A stretch of DNA of 64,000 nt from Chrysomallon squamiferum. Its lineage: Eukaryota; Animalia; Mollusca. Under the pieces are notes generated by a model. The model saw only the letters and a list, made by a program, of their open reading frames with translations, ran no database searches and was not told where the DNA came from. Below are positions 1 to 26,138 of this stretch, in pieces. Within the stretch, counting starts at the first letter, position 1. The number at the start of each line of letters is the position of its first letter. The translations under genes and the position numbers were made by a program. The stretch lies in contig CM022667.1 in the NCBI GenBank assembly GCA_012295275.1, positions 4,464,001 through 4,528,000 on the forward strand. The letters are read 5' to 3'.

Positions 1-16
1 AAATTTTTGTGAGTAA

Positions 17-58
<42 letters not shown>

Positions 59-208
59 AGAAGTAGTAAAATTTTGTTATTATGTGTTACTATTTATTGT
101 TGTTATTAGCAATAGTAATCATTTTTTTTTAATACTTATTATTATTATTACTGAACAATAATGTTTTCGTCATCGTCATAATTGTTATAATTAATTTAAT
201 GATTTCAG

Positions 209-364
209 ACTGTACAGACATCTAAGAACATCATCAGAAGCAATGAGAGAGAAATCCTGTACAAAGTGTGTGAGAAAGAGTGTGATCTTTTAGTCGAACG
301 CTGGCAGCACCCAGAATGCATGAACGCCATAATGAACTTCTTCTCCAAGAAGTCAAAAATGTGA
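209..364 (+). CDS. ECI2: Terminal coding exon of enoyl-CoA delta isomerase 2 (peroxisomal/mitochondrial); the rest of the gene is upstream of the window
   Basis: After the acceptor tttcag (206-208) it reads TVQTSKNIIRSNEREILYKVCEKECDLLVERWQHPECMNAIMNFFSKKSKM*. This matches the ECI2 C-terminus as I recall it (human ...[40 protein letters not shown]) and ends in the PTS1-type tripeptide SKM. Confidence 0.88.
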   Translation, partial: TVQTSKNIIRSNEREILYKVCEKECDLLVERWQHPECMNAIMNFFSKKSKM

Positions 365-3300
365 ACAAGAAAATATTTTTTCAATAATGCACAAAAATAG
401 TATTTTTTTAAATATACATATTTTTTTAACGGTTATTGAGAGCTTATGAAGTTTATCTGCGTATGAAAATCAGTTTGGTGTTGTCAATTTATTATTTTAT
501 ATTATTGATGACAGTTGCTTGCCATTCTTGTCGTATCTGCATTTTGAAGAATACTGCATTTTAGTCTAAATTTTAATGAATGAAAAATAAAAACCTAACT
601 CAAACAAAGAAGGGGGGGGATGTACATAACAGCTTTATGACTGATTGGTAAGAGTATATTTATCATTGTTAAACACAAAATAAACATCATTCATGTTGAA
701 AACCAAAATTTATCATCCTAGTCTAAAATTATTAAATAAAACAATTTCTTTCCTTTCTCTGTTTATTTTCATCTCAGTTATTTCTATTGCACTGTTTACA
801 ATAATTTATGATAATTTCTTATGTTTGATACTTTACACAAAATGTATATATATTTAAAAAGCTTGGTTACTGTGAATGTATTTAATAGTATGAATATTAG
901 ATATTTATTATTATTATTATTACAGGCATGATTTTCTAATCCGATGTTAATAATCTTTAATTAATTGTACTGGATTCTCAAAAATAAATAAAGTGAGAAA
1001 TTCAAATCTTATTCTTAGTCGTCATTTGACAGTTTTACTGGACTGTAACATTGGTCTGCACATTTAGGTTTTGCAGGATCAATCCTTGTGAGGTGCTTGC
1101 GAGATATTTTTCCTGTTCCACCAGTTATATTAAAAACTGTGGTGTTTGCTTTCTTTGTCAATAATCAACAAGCAGCATACGCAGTTCAGTTATTTTATTA
1201 TCATGTCCCAATACATATTTAAAATCACTTAATCATTATTATAAAATGTATATAATTTTGTAAATCTTATTATAAAATAATAAGTTTATATCAATAATGG
1301 AGATGATCAGCAGATTTTATCTTATCATAATATAAAAAAAAAACTGAAATCTAATAATAATACCCTGACATTATTTATTTAAAAACAAATATTATTTCAC
1401 ATTGCGTCAGAATGTTTTTATATTAATTAACAGAACTATCAATATAAAATCATTTCAGTGACTTCTAAATAAATAGATATTTTGATATAAATTAATTTAA
1501 AAACAAAACCAAATCAACACAAAATAAGAATAACCAGTTTAATAGTACACAACCATCATAACACAAAGTCTGTAACAGTAATTATTTTTATTTAACATAA
1601 TCTAAAATTAAAGCAGTTTCAGTTTATTTTATCTTTTGAATACAATAATTTAAATAAATGTAATATTAAATTAATTGAAAAATACTGAGGTTATTTTGGG
1701 TAAAAAAAAAAAAAAAAAAAAGCATTTAAAATAAACATAATTCTTTTAAAATTTCAACTAAAAAACCTTTCAAAATATATACACACACAAGTGTAAGGTT
1801 GTTGAAAATTACAATCAAAACACGGTCACAATATATTTTTGATTATAAAATAAATTTCTTTCTACATCATCTATGCTGAATATTTGAATAAAGAAGCTAT
1901 AAGCTTTGACTTCATACTAATATATATGATACATGTCTATAAAAATACTAAAATATAGTTGATATAGTTGAAAAAATTATAAAAATTGTACTCTATATTA
2001 GTATACTATATATAATCAAACTATGAAAAAAAGAATAAAATACTATTATAAAAACTATATTACATCTGTAAGAATACTTCACAACGAATTGTTTTTAACA
2101 CATAGCAAAACACTGGGTAAACACAACCTGAAAAAACAATAGGGATTCTTGAGACTCTAAATGTATCTAAGGGTGAAAACAAAATAATCATTCTCATAAA
2201 AAGCAAATTTATCTATCAGGTTGATTGAATGATTGATTGATTGATTGATTTATATATCTATTTATTTATTTATTTATTTATTCTTTTTAATGCATATCTA
2301 TGCACATTATTTAATGCCATTAATATACATATTTTATTAGGATTTCTTTCTGTCACATTTTGGTTATTAGCATAGAACTGACTGAAGAAATAAATAATCT
2401 ATCAGATGACTATAAAATTAATTTTAGGCTGTTCAATTTAATTACAAAGGTACACCATAATTACAAACTGATATGTCATGTTTTTGATTTTATACATTTG
2501 TTTCATAAAGAAATATTTACAAATCATCTATAGTTTGTAAGCTTCAAATAATAATAATAATAATAATAAAAATAATAATAATAATCATAATCATATCTAA
2601 CAATAACAACAATAGTAATAATTATAATTATAATAATAATAACAATAATGGTAATAACTAATAATAATTTCAAAATGAGGTTAATTATTTTATATCAATA
2701 AGTAGTTGTGTGGGTTTTTTTTTTTTCATATATCAAAAAAAACTAATTTTACCTGTAACAGGTATAAAACAAATTTCTGATCTTATTAAACAAAAAACAA
2801 CTGGACGGAAGACATAAAAAGAAGCACTTGATGACAAAAAAAATGTTTAAATTATTTTTTCTCTACAATGAAAACCAAATGGGTGTAATAATCCATTATA
2901 AAAACTTAAAATATTAATTTTAATGTACCAACAAGTGTTTTTGACTTCATTTAAAATATTGCGTAGATAACAACAGTAACATTTATTTTATATTCTAAAA
3001 AAATCAGTAAAATTGTTGCACTGTTTCAAAATGGGTGGATCAGACATTTATTAACATATCAATATTGAAGGATAAATATGCATTGTATAGATAATTAGTC
3101 TTCAATGAATATTAAATATTATGTTATCTTCACTGGGATAGAAATAAACCTAGCCGTTTGTCTTCCATGCATTACTCTGATAAATACGTAAACGATTCAA
3201 CGATTGGAAGAATGGTTCTTCACTTTACAAGTAACAGCACTAACTGTAAACACAATTAAAAATATAATACCTTGTTCAGTGATAATAATCTATTTTACAA

Positions 3301-4312
3301 ATGGTTTGGTAATCAGCAGACTCAAACAATGACTTTTACTAAAATCTATCATCATTTTTATATCTTGATTTATATGACAGTTTTAGACATAAATGACTGA
3401 CAGAGGGATGAATGCTTCAGGTGTACTCTTCAAATTTGTGCATGCATGTGTGTGTATGAGTCTCTGCATTGTGCTTTGATTTGCATGAAACTTCATTGTA
3501 TACATGGAACATAATAATTATAAACCAACAGTTTCTGCATGCAACAATGACTTTACAACTTTTCTAAAAGGTTTTATTTGAGTTGTTTATAATCAATTTT
3601 TATTTAATTTTTTATATTTTTTCTGTGTCTATATACCTGTAACTATGGGAAGACAAAAGATGACGAATAGTAGAAATATCATTGTAAAATTCAATCATGT
3701 TGTAATAATAATAATAATCTAGCTCTTCCTTGAATACGTGGCTGATAAATGATTTAGAAATCGTATTTCAGAAGAATGTATTATGTATTGTAAATCATCA
3801 TCTGAAAGAATCTAGAAAGTTTGCTCTAAATGAAATGTGTGAAACCAACAATAAAATAAATGCTGCAAGAATGTGGCAAAGCTTGAACAAACTGAAGAAC
3901 TGCAAACACTTTAATTTGATCAAATGTAATAGACTTAAAAACTTATTTTGTATGTGAAAAAACAGCATTTTAACTGTCTAGGGTCTTTCATATTTCAAAG
4001 TTAATGAATCACAAACAGTATAAATTACTTTATACAAAGTATTATTCTTATTATTATTTAATATTATTAATCTTCGGTGGGAACTGAATTATAACCTTAT
4101 TCAGTTTATTAATACATATAAAAAAGAAAATATATATATATATATGTATCTACCTATATACATATACAAGTCTTATTTTTTGTTGCTCTTCAGCTGAAAT
4201 TGATTTATCCAATATTCTGATTTATTCTTCCATATCATTTATAACCTGTAAGTTGTGGACCTCCCATACACAGAAGTTTTTTTTACATTTTCCTGTTTAC
4301 GTGTTCAGAATT

Positions 4313-5305
4313 TCAACCGACTGAGTCAATCGCTGCATCAGCAACACGGATCTCGTCTTTGCCATCAACTCTGACGCTGTTCTCCGAGTAATCGTAATCC
4401 GGGACTTCCATTTCTGACTCCGCCAGCACGTTTGGCGGAGGACATTTCAGACACTTGGGCCGACTGATGCCGTAGTCGAGACACGTGTTTCCGATGCACT
4501 GACAGCAGCCATACTCGTGGAACCAGCGGTACTTGGCCGCGCCCATGGAAACGCACGACGTTTTGCATTTCATTATCGACAGACACTGGGAGAAAAATGC
4601 AACAGAACAGTTTTTATCCGGCGAATCTTCGCTGTTGATGTACGATGGCTTCTTTTTACCTTCCTCACCTACAAAAAAAAAAAAAAATTAAAAAAATTAA
4701 AATATTAAAAACAATAAGATATGATTTATACTAGATAACAGTATATGAGTAACAAATAATACATTAAAAACACAAAATCAGTGACTTTCATCAAAACACA
4801 TGAAAATTGTTGTATTAAACCATCTTATTTGTATTAAAAAAAATTAAAGAAAGTTAAAAAAAAAAAAATAAATAAAGGTAACAATATTCTTTAAATAATT
4901 TTAACATAATAACTTATCTGAACATTATTAGACTATATATTAATATACTCCCAAGTTAAATAAATTAGACCTTAAAGTTGGAAAAAAAAAAAAAAAAACA
5001 CCAATGTATTTACCTATAGCAATGGCATATCTGAGATCGACGTTGATGTCTCCAGGTTTGAAGTACAGGGTGTCGATGTGGCGAGGATACGAGAACGTTG
5101 TCCAGCGCTTTTCTTCATCCTCCTGCTCAGTCAACACATCGAACAGCTCGGGAATGGGATCATTCAAGTCTTCAATGGAGCTGGTTTTACCCAGACTCGT
5201 GCTTGGGTCAGGCTTTGGACAAAGACCTGAAGAAAATGACAAAAAAAAGAAGGTTTTAAATATTTAAAAATCAATGAAGACAATGATTGAAAAAAGGAAA
5301 GGTAT

Positions 5306-5365
<60 letters not shown>

Positions 5366-6010
5366 TTTATTTGATATTAATTAGTGGCCAGATAAAAGAA
5401 ATCTGCAGTAGAGAAAACATTTTTTACAAAACTTGGTGAAACAAGATTTGATCAACTCTTGCACTTATCTGTTTTCACAGATATTAATATATATATATAT
5501 ATGTGTGTGTATGTATGTATGTATGTATGTATGTATGTGTATGTATATGTATGTATGTATTTGTATATATGTGTGCACACATCTGTTATCTACATGCAAA
5601 TCAAAGATTTTGATAATGAACACATACATGCACACTCAGCACAAATATATTCAGAATTTTCTCAGAACTGTCAATCACTGAAAGCTACAAAAGAACCTGA
5701 CCCTGCAACTTCTCAATCAGTTACTCTACAATCAATAACCACTCTAATAATAATAACAATAAAAAAATAGAACAGCAGAAAGTTATTTACCGACACATGA
5801 ACAGCATTCTGTAAAGAGGTCACCAAGGCAGACGGAGCAGTCTCTGCAGCACGTGCAGTTTGTCATGTTCTTCATGTCACATTCGCAGCACTTGATCAGC
5901 ATGCATTTGCTCACTCGACTCGCGCACACAGCCTCATTACAGGACGTCGCCGAATCAAGAGAGGCTAGCAACACTGCCAGGCCAACAACAAGTACAGCTA
6001 TCCGCTTCAT
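4313..6010 (-). CDS. TWSG1: Twisted gastrulation (BMP/chordin modulator), 3 coding exons, ~262 aa
   Basis: Exons 6010-5791, 5226-5014 and 4668-4313, all GT-AG and phase 1/1. Signal peptide MKRIAVLVVGLAVLLASLDSATS, then the Tsg motifs CNEAVCASRVSKCML...ECCSCVGLCP and NCSVAFFSQCLSIMKCKTSCVSMGAAKYRWFHEYGCCQCIG..CLDYG. Probable non-coding first exon ends near 6772. Confidence 0.95.
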
Positions 6011-6405
6011 AGCTGCAAATAAGATTGTGCGTTATTAGCAATAAATGCAGATACTGGAAACGGGAATATCTATATTAAAAAGGTATTTTTTAATTATACT
6101 GCACAGAAATACTGTGATTTACATCATCTATGATGATTAAAAAAGAAAGAAAAAAAAGAAGAATACTTCAGGACAGTTAAATCAATTTTAATACTGTAAA
6201 AGGAATGAAAAATGTGTTGATCTGACTTGTGAAAATAAGCAGAGGCAAGTTTTCTTATTGTCCTTTCATATACTTTCAAAACTTACAAAAGCAATTAAAT
6301 GACAGGCAAAGAAGAGAGATAAAATATTAGTTAAAATTTATAATGAGATAGACTCTTTTCCAAAACCAGAATTCTAAAAATCCAGACAACCTGTGAGATT
6401 GAAAC

Positions 6406-6463
<58 letters not shown>

Positions 6464-6779
6464 AATAAATAAAAATAAATAACTTACATTTGTGTTACAA
6501 TAATCGATTTTCTTACGTTTTTATAATTACATTTTTTTTTTTGTTATTGTCATTATTCATATTAAAGCATGTAATTGCAATATAATTTTCATCCACTGAG
6601 CAAATTCTGAAAACCAACAACGTGAAAGTATAAACTTTATTAATATTATTTATACTTAGTTAAATAGTTTACACTTCACTGAATCACTTGTTATTTTTAT
6701 AGAATTTCTCAGTTTTACTTTTACCATAGATTTAAATAAAAGTAAGCAAAATACTAATCTTCTGTATTTACCTTTTTAT

Positions 6780-7000
6780 AAACAAATCTTAGCATGGATA
6801 TTATTAGCAAAGTAATATTAAAACAAAGAACTTGTCAAGTTCTTAACCCAAAAATGAAATGTCAATAACAGCGACACCTTCTGGGATATAAAGGGACATA
6901 ACTGGAATATCAGACTCAAAATGCTGTCTGTATGTTTTATTATTATTACCGCGCAGTGAACATCTGTTAATAAAATTCTATAATAATATTAATAAAATTC

Positions 7001-7043
<43 letters not shown>

Positions 7044-7381
7044 TATAATAATAATAATAATAATATAAAAATAATAATATAATAATAATTCGTTTATAGA
7101 TCAAGAATAAGGTTGAAATAAGTTTTATGGAATAGGAAAAAAAAACATCGTTGGAGAAAAGAAAAGAAAAAAACCAGTAATTATGATAAAAGTGAGTCGG
7201 ATGCCGTGTCTATGTTTATTTATTTATTTATTTATTATCGAGACATTTTAGTAACAATTTGTCGTTTAGAAAGTATGGCAACTAAGCGCAGTAACTCTAT
7301 TGTTATTTTGTTATTTATAAACACGTTGTATAACATGTTGAAACTATTTCGTGAATCTACGATTGTACTTTCACTTCTGTC
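6780..7381. promoter_or_regulatory. Divergent (head-to-head) promoter region of Tsg and the RNF166-like gene
   Basis: The Tsg 5'-UTR donor (AAG|GTAAAT on - at 6772/6771) and the RNF ATG at 7382 point away from each other. There is local CpG enrichment against a CpG-poor background. Confidence 0.5.
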
Positions 7382-10300
7382 ATGGCTGCCTGTTCCGATA
7401 TATCAGCATTTAAATGTCCGATATGTCTTGATATATTTGAAATGCCAGTAAATTTAGGATGCGATCATATGTAAGTTGGGTCAAAGTGACATTGTGATTG
7501 TTGACTGACAATGGCCCTCGGTTAAACTTAAATTAATGACGTGATTGTAAAAGTAAATGTTTGAATGCTGTGAAATGGTTAATAGTACAACATTTAGTGT
7601 TTACTTCATGTTATATAAAATATAACAGTATATTTCTAATAATCCGTTGGTCACAAATTTTTAAATAAATACTTAGAACACACCTTATATTGGGTTATAA
7701 TGCTTTTTAACAGTTATGATTTCCTCGTTTCACTACAAGATCTTTTATAATTTTTTCTTTAGTACTATAAGACTAACACTATAATAAGTGAATAATATAT
7801 GATAAAGCATATTGCAAAATGCATTCATTTACATAAAACATCAATCGTATCAGAAAATATATTTTAAAAAGTTCATGTTTAAAAAACACACACACACACA
7901 CACACACACTAATATACATTAAATAGTCAAATTTTGTATTAAATATTAAGTAATTTATTTATTCAGTTGTTATTACTGACATACAATAATATAATTATTA
8001 TTATTATTATTTTAAAATGTGTCTAGCTATTATTAAATTTATTCTTTTTCAAATGTTTGAAAGCTAAATATCAATGTAAAATTTACTGATATTTAAAAAT
8101 TATTGAAATATTTCAGATACTGTTCGAAATGCATCATCTCACTTCCACAAAACCCCCCTCATTGTCCCCAGTGCCGGAAGCCGTTTAACCAGTCGCTGCT
8201 GAAACGAGACGCCAATGTTGAGCTGCAGTTGAATTCCACCCAGTCCAGCTGTCAGTGGTGTGGCAAAAACGTAAATACACAACAACAACACCAACAGCAG
8301 CAGCACAAGCAACAACAACAACAACTACAACAACAACAACAACAACAGCAACAACTACAACAACAATAACACCAACAGCAACAACTACAACAACACCAAC
8401 AGCAACAACAACTACAACACCAACAACAATAACACCACCACCACCAACAGCAGCAGCAGCAACAACAGCTACAACAACAACAATAATAATAATAATAACA
8501 CCAACAGCAACAACAACAACTACAACAACAATAACACCAACAGCAACAACAACAACAATAATATTAATAGCAATAATTAATAATAGTAATAACAATAAAA
8601 ACAGTAATGATAATAATAATAATAGTAATAACAGTAACAAGAGTAATGATAATATAATATAAATTTCTGTGTTTGTGTTTTAGTATAGAAATGGAAGGAG
8701 TCTAACATACCTTTTCATTAATATATTAAAAAGAATGGTCTTTGTTGTGTGTGTGTGTGTGTGTGTGTGTTTACTGTTGAACAATTACAGTACTTACTTT
8801 TCATATTTGCAGTTATTTAAGTGACATAAAGAGAAAAAACAGAAATAAAGAAAGAGTACAGAAAAAGAATGTGTTTTAAAAAGGTTAACTTGAAAGATGA
8901 AAGTTGTTCTGCAGAAATGTTTTATTTTATCATTTGTTTTTTTGTGTTACAGATGACGCTAGCTAAACTGAGAATCCATTACACCATGTGCAGCAAGGCA
9001 GATAACTCTATCCCAAAATTTAAACCTATCAAAAAGACCTCACAGAAAGTTCCTAGGTTAGAGTCTAAACTATAGGCATTTTCATACAGTATAATTTAAC
9101 ATGTAGATTAAACCTATCACAGAAAGTTCTCATTGTACATTGATTTGCAGTGTAAAGAAAGCTAAAAATTTAAAATATTATAGTTTATAATATGATTAGT
9201 ATTGTGTCTAGGAATCAAAATATTTTATAAGGTTTTTTTTATAAATTTCAGTTAAATAAATTGTTTGAGAGAGAGAATATTTTCAACATAAAAAACCCCA
9301 GAACTGTTCCATTTCCTGTGAAAACATTTAAAATTGTCTTTCATAATTGAAAACATGTATAAACTGTATTATTCTATTTCTGTCCGTTATTCTATTCATG
9401 TTTGCAGTCACCTGCCTAACCATTCCACTTTTGTAATTTTAAAACTAGTATAAATTTTATTATTTTATTTCTGTTCGTGTTGCAGTCACCTGCCTAATAG
9501 GTCCACCTTTAACTGTCCATATTGTGGACAGGCCAACCTGGACAATACAGACCTTGTGAAACATTGTAACAGGCATCACCAAAATGACAATAAGCATGTG
9601 GTAAGTCTCTTTTTTTATTTATTTTAAATACATTTCTTATGAATATCTGTAATTATTTTTTCTTTTACATTTTTATTTGCAATCATAAAAATAATATGAT
9701 TTGAAATACACCACTACTGAATTTTTTAAGTATAGATTACTGAAGATTTAAAACATACTTCCATTAATAGACTTGTATTTCCAGTAATAGATATACTTTG
9801 TAATGATAGATCTATGTTTGTAATAACAGATCTATATTTGTAACAATAGATCCATATTTATAATAATATATCCACATTTTAATGATAGATCCGTATTTGT
9901 AATAACAGATCCATATTTGTAATAATGAATCTGTATTTGTAATAAAGGATCTATATTTGTAACAGTAGATACACATTTTGGAACAATATATCCTCATTTG
10001 TATTAGCAGATCCACATTTGAATCCATATTTTTAATAATATATTTGTATTTGTAGTAACAGATTTCTGTTGTAGGTGTGTCCTATTTGTGTAGCAATGCC
10101 TTGGGGTGAAAGGGAAAGGCAAAGTGCAAACTTTATTCAGCACTTGAATCTGAGACACAAGTTCGAGTACGAGACCTACGTGGTAAGACTTTTTTATTTT
10201 TGTTTGACCTACTTAAAAAGTATTATTAAGGTCTTTATTTGTTTTAAATTAATGAAAAGTGAGCTTAGGTGGAATTGAAAAGTTACAGCAAAGTTTGAAA

Positions 10301-10817
10301 TAATTTTTTTATTGTAAATGTATCTTGGTTATTTTTTCTTAACTTACTAAAATGTTTTACATGCATGTGCAAACACACAACATACATACACACAAACATA
10401 TAGAAGAACAGAAAAATGGTTATAAAATGTGTAAATGACTGAATAGACAGAGTAGTTAATAATACACAAACTCACACATATATATATACACACGTGTGTA
10501 TGATATAAATACAACTGTCTATTCTAAATATAAACATGTAAACAGCAACAAAATAAATGTAACTTTAACATTTAAAGAAATGGCTCCGAAGTGACTAGTT
10601 ATTTATTTTATTTATTCATTGATCGATTGATTTACTTACTTATTTGTTTGTTTGTTCATTTATTTCTTTGTTTGTTTGTTTGTTCTTATATTTATTTGTT
10701 CGTTCATTCATTCGTTCGTTTATTTATGTATTTTCAAATTGTGGTTGACAGGATTTTGATCAGGATGATGAAGCGATGCTGCAAGCTGCCATCCAAGCAT
10801 CCCTACAGGACACATAA
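7382..10817 (+). CDS. RNF166: RING-C2HC-C2H2-UIM E3 ubiquitin ligase of the RNF114/125/138/166 family, most like RNF166, 6 exons, ~211 aa
   Basis: Exons 7382-7470, 8117-8270, 8953-9056, 9486-9600, 10075-10182 and 10752-10817 with consistent phases. RING CPICLDIFEMPVNLGCDHIYCSKC...CPQCR; PNRSTFNCPYCG; VCPICVAMPWG...SANFIQHLNLRHKFEYETYV; C-terminal UIM DDEAMLQAAIQASL. Confidence 0.9.
8277..8645 (+). repeat. Compound (CAA/CAG/ACC/TAA)n microsatellite in RNF166 intron 2
   Basis: Read directly. It starts just after the donor at 8271 and produces the spurious polyQ/polyT/polyV ORFs. Confidence 0.9.
9770..10070 (+). repeat. Minisatellite, ~20-bp unit (AGATCTATATTTGTAATAAC-like), RNF166 intron 4
   Basis: More than ten degenerate head-to-tail copies are visible, running up to the acceptor at 10074. 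Confidence 0.85.
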
Positions 10818-11224
10818 AAGATTTTTTAAAATTTCTTTTTCTTTCACTTAATTTTAAAAAATTAAATTTAACCAAAGATAAAACAAAAATAAGGCAAAAA
10901 GCAAACAATTGTAGCTCATGATTGGTTTTCACTGTAAGAAAAAAAGGAAGGAAAAAAAAAAAAAATTTTTTATCAGTAGAAACTTGTACATTTTGTTGAT
11001 AAATGTTTTTATTAGAAAATTTATTTATTTATTTATTCAAATTTTTTATTTATTTTATTTATTTTATTTATTTATTTTATATATTTATTTTTTGGTTATT
11101 TTTTGTTAAGTTTACTATGTAAATACCCTGTATAAAGCTGAAATATTTATTATTATTATTGTATAAAACACACACACACATATATATATATATATAAACC
11201 AGGCATTCAAAAATACCATAAACA

Positions 11225-11257
<33 letters not shown>

Positions 11258-12459
11258 AAATATATACAGATGAATGCTTTTTATAAACATATTTAGTTTT
11301 ATAAAGGCACTATTTCTTTCAGTTAGAATTTAATTACATGTATGTATATAAAGTAAAGATTATGCTAAACAAATTTAATTAATTTTGATTTAAAAAAAAT
11401 CGTAAGTTGTGTTTTAGATTACAGTATTGTTATTACTGATATCGTATGGCGTAACTTGAGAAGGGATTTACATGTTAATATCTCTTGACACAGACCACCA
11501 AAACCTGGATGCAAGTTAATTTATGATTTACGTTTGAAACCATTTACAATTGTGTTGTTAATTTACAATATTTATCATTATGTTATAATAATATGAGAAA
11601 ACTGATTTTTTGTAACCCAGTGTGATATGTAAATTTTAAAATTATAAAAACTACGGAACAAAAGACTTGTGATATATCAAGCAATGAAAACCTTGTTTAA
11701 TCATGTTCACTGTTTAGTTAAAAGCTTAATTTTGAATTGTAATTTTCTTAATGGTTTGTTTTGTGATGTGATTGTTTTTTGTGCAATTGTATTCCATTGT
11801 AATGTCAAATATATTCTGTGTCTGTGTGTGTGTCTGCCTGCCTGTATGTATACACAAACACTCGTGAAGTTGGTGTTGCACATAACAAATATTTTTTTTT
11901 TTTTTTTTTTTTAATGAAAATCTTTTTGATTAATTTTTGCAAAAACTGAAAAATTGCAATGGTTTTGTTTATTTCAATACCCTACAATTTATGCCAATGC
12001 TTCCTTAATTTATGAAAATCTCAAAGGTATTTCTAGAGTAAAACAAAATTATTATGTATTTAATTTTAATTTTTTTTTTTTTTTCACTGAATTTATACCA
12101 GTTCTTCTTGAATTTCTGCCTGTCACTGAACTTAGCAGACATATATATTTTTTTTAAATGTATATGTATTAAGAAATATTTAGCCAATATTTGTAGTGGT
12201 TTATTTTGATGTGTATTTATAGTGGAGCAACTGTTAACTGAAATAAATTATATTAGAGTGTTTTGTTTGTTTTTCCTTTCTTAATCATTACCACATATAA
12301 CGATGATGATGTACAATGATATAACAAAATGAGGTCTGTTCATTGAGGCAGCCATTTTTCTTTCATTTGTTTTTAATGATGTGCTCCTCATATCAGGACT
12401 TAAGTGATATTATGGGTTATTAATTCACTGGTTTACAGATTGTTAATCTGTTGAGTGAT

Positions 12460-24982
<12,523 letters not shown>

Positions 24983-25307
24983 TTTGCTAGTGAAAAAATT
25001 AAATTATAATAATAATATAAATATTCATTCTTTAAAAATATACTATGTCAAGTATTAGTAAAGCATCTGTTTGTAATAATAAATTAAATTTAATAATTCC
25101 CATCTATCGGATATTTAACAGTTATATGTAATTATAATGTGCAAATATAATGATCATGTTCTTAGGCCCTCCATTGTCATAGCCGTGACTATACCCTACC
25201 ACAACAATCATTGAATCAACTCGCATAAAACTCATATTCAGTGTTTAAGTTTCTTATACTAAAGAAAATAATTAAAATATAGATTATTCAACCGACGATA
25301 TACTAAC

Positions 25308-25560
25308 CTTTGTGGAATTAAGCAAAATACTAACTGACATTGAAAGTGAGAATCGAAGACAGCCCACCTGTTTACATAAATCATTAACTTATCGAATGGA
25401 TGTTAAAGTAGTTATGGGCGCAGCCATTTCAATTCTTCCGTTCGTGTTTTCTTCCATTTGAAAAGCACAACAAAGAAATATCGATTTGTCGACAAAAACT
25501 GAAATAGAGTCGTAATTATGCTGCGTTATAAGAAGAAACTGAATAAAGAAGTAAGCGTGT
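25308..25560. promoter_or_regulatory. TTI1 promoter / non-coding first exon, probably bidirectional
   Basis: Donor AAG|GTTAGT on - at 25308/25307; CpG-rich patch; YY1-like GCCATTT at about 25423; a divergent + strand donor GAA|GTAAGC at 25550/25551. Confidence 0.55.
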
Positions 25561-25590
25561 TTTCCGTATTCATATATGACTGCTCTCAGG

Positions 25591-25649
<59 letters not shown>

Positions 25650-25940
25650 GGCAGCAAACGCTTAATTATTTATTTTGGCACTTTTAGCATTTGTAGTCGT
25701 AGCAGTAGTAGCAATAGTAGTTAACTGTAAAACAGTAGCGGCGGTAGCTGTCACAGCAGTAACATTTTAAAAGCAATGTAAATTATAAGCTGGCGCGGAA
25801 CAACTCGTTAGAGTACCATTCTATTCTACATCAAAAATGAACGCTACTGAATCACTTTATGCGAGTTAAAAATATTTCTGTTTTTTATAGCCCAGCCTGA
25901 TTGTTTAGGTGCCCCTACGGATATATAATAAATCAAATTA

Positions 25941-25982
<42 letters not shown>

Positions 25983-26104
25983 TTCCTTTTTATTTCTTTA
26001 TTTCTTTCTTTTCTTTTGATAAAAGATAAATACTGAACGAATTCTTAGGAATTACCGATAATATTTGTTTTCTGTTTGTCTAAAAAACAAAAAAAAAATA
26101 AAAA

Positions 26105-26138
<34 letters not shown>

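Noticed and set aside
8103-8662. PolyQ, polyT (mucin-like) and polyV ORFs
   Set aside because: Translations of an intronic trinucleotide microsatellite; the real exon ends at the donor at 8270.
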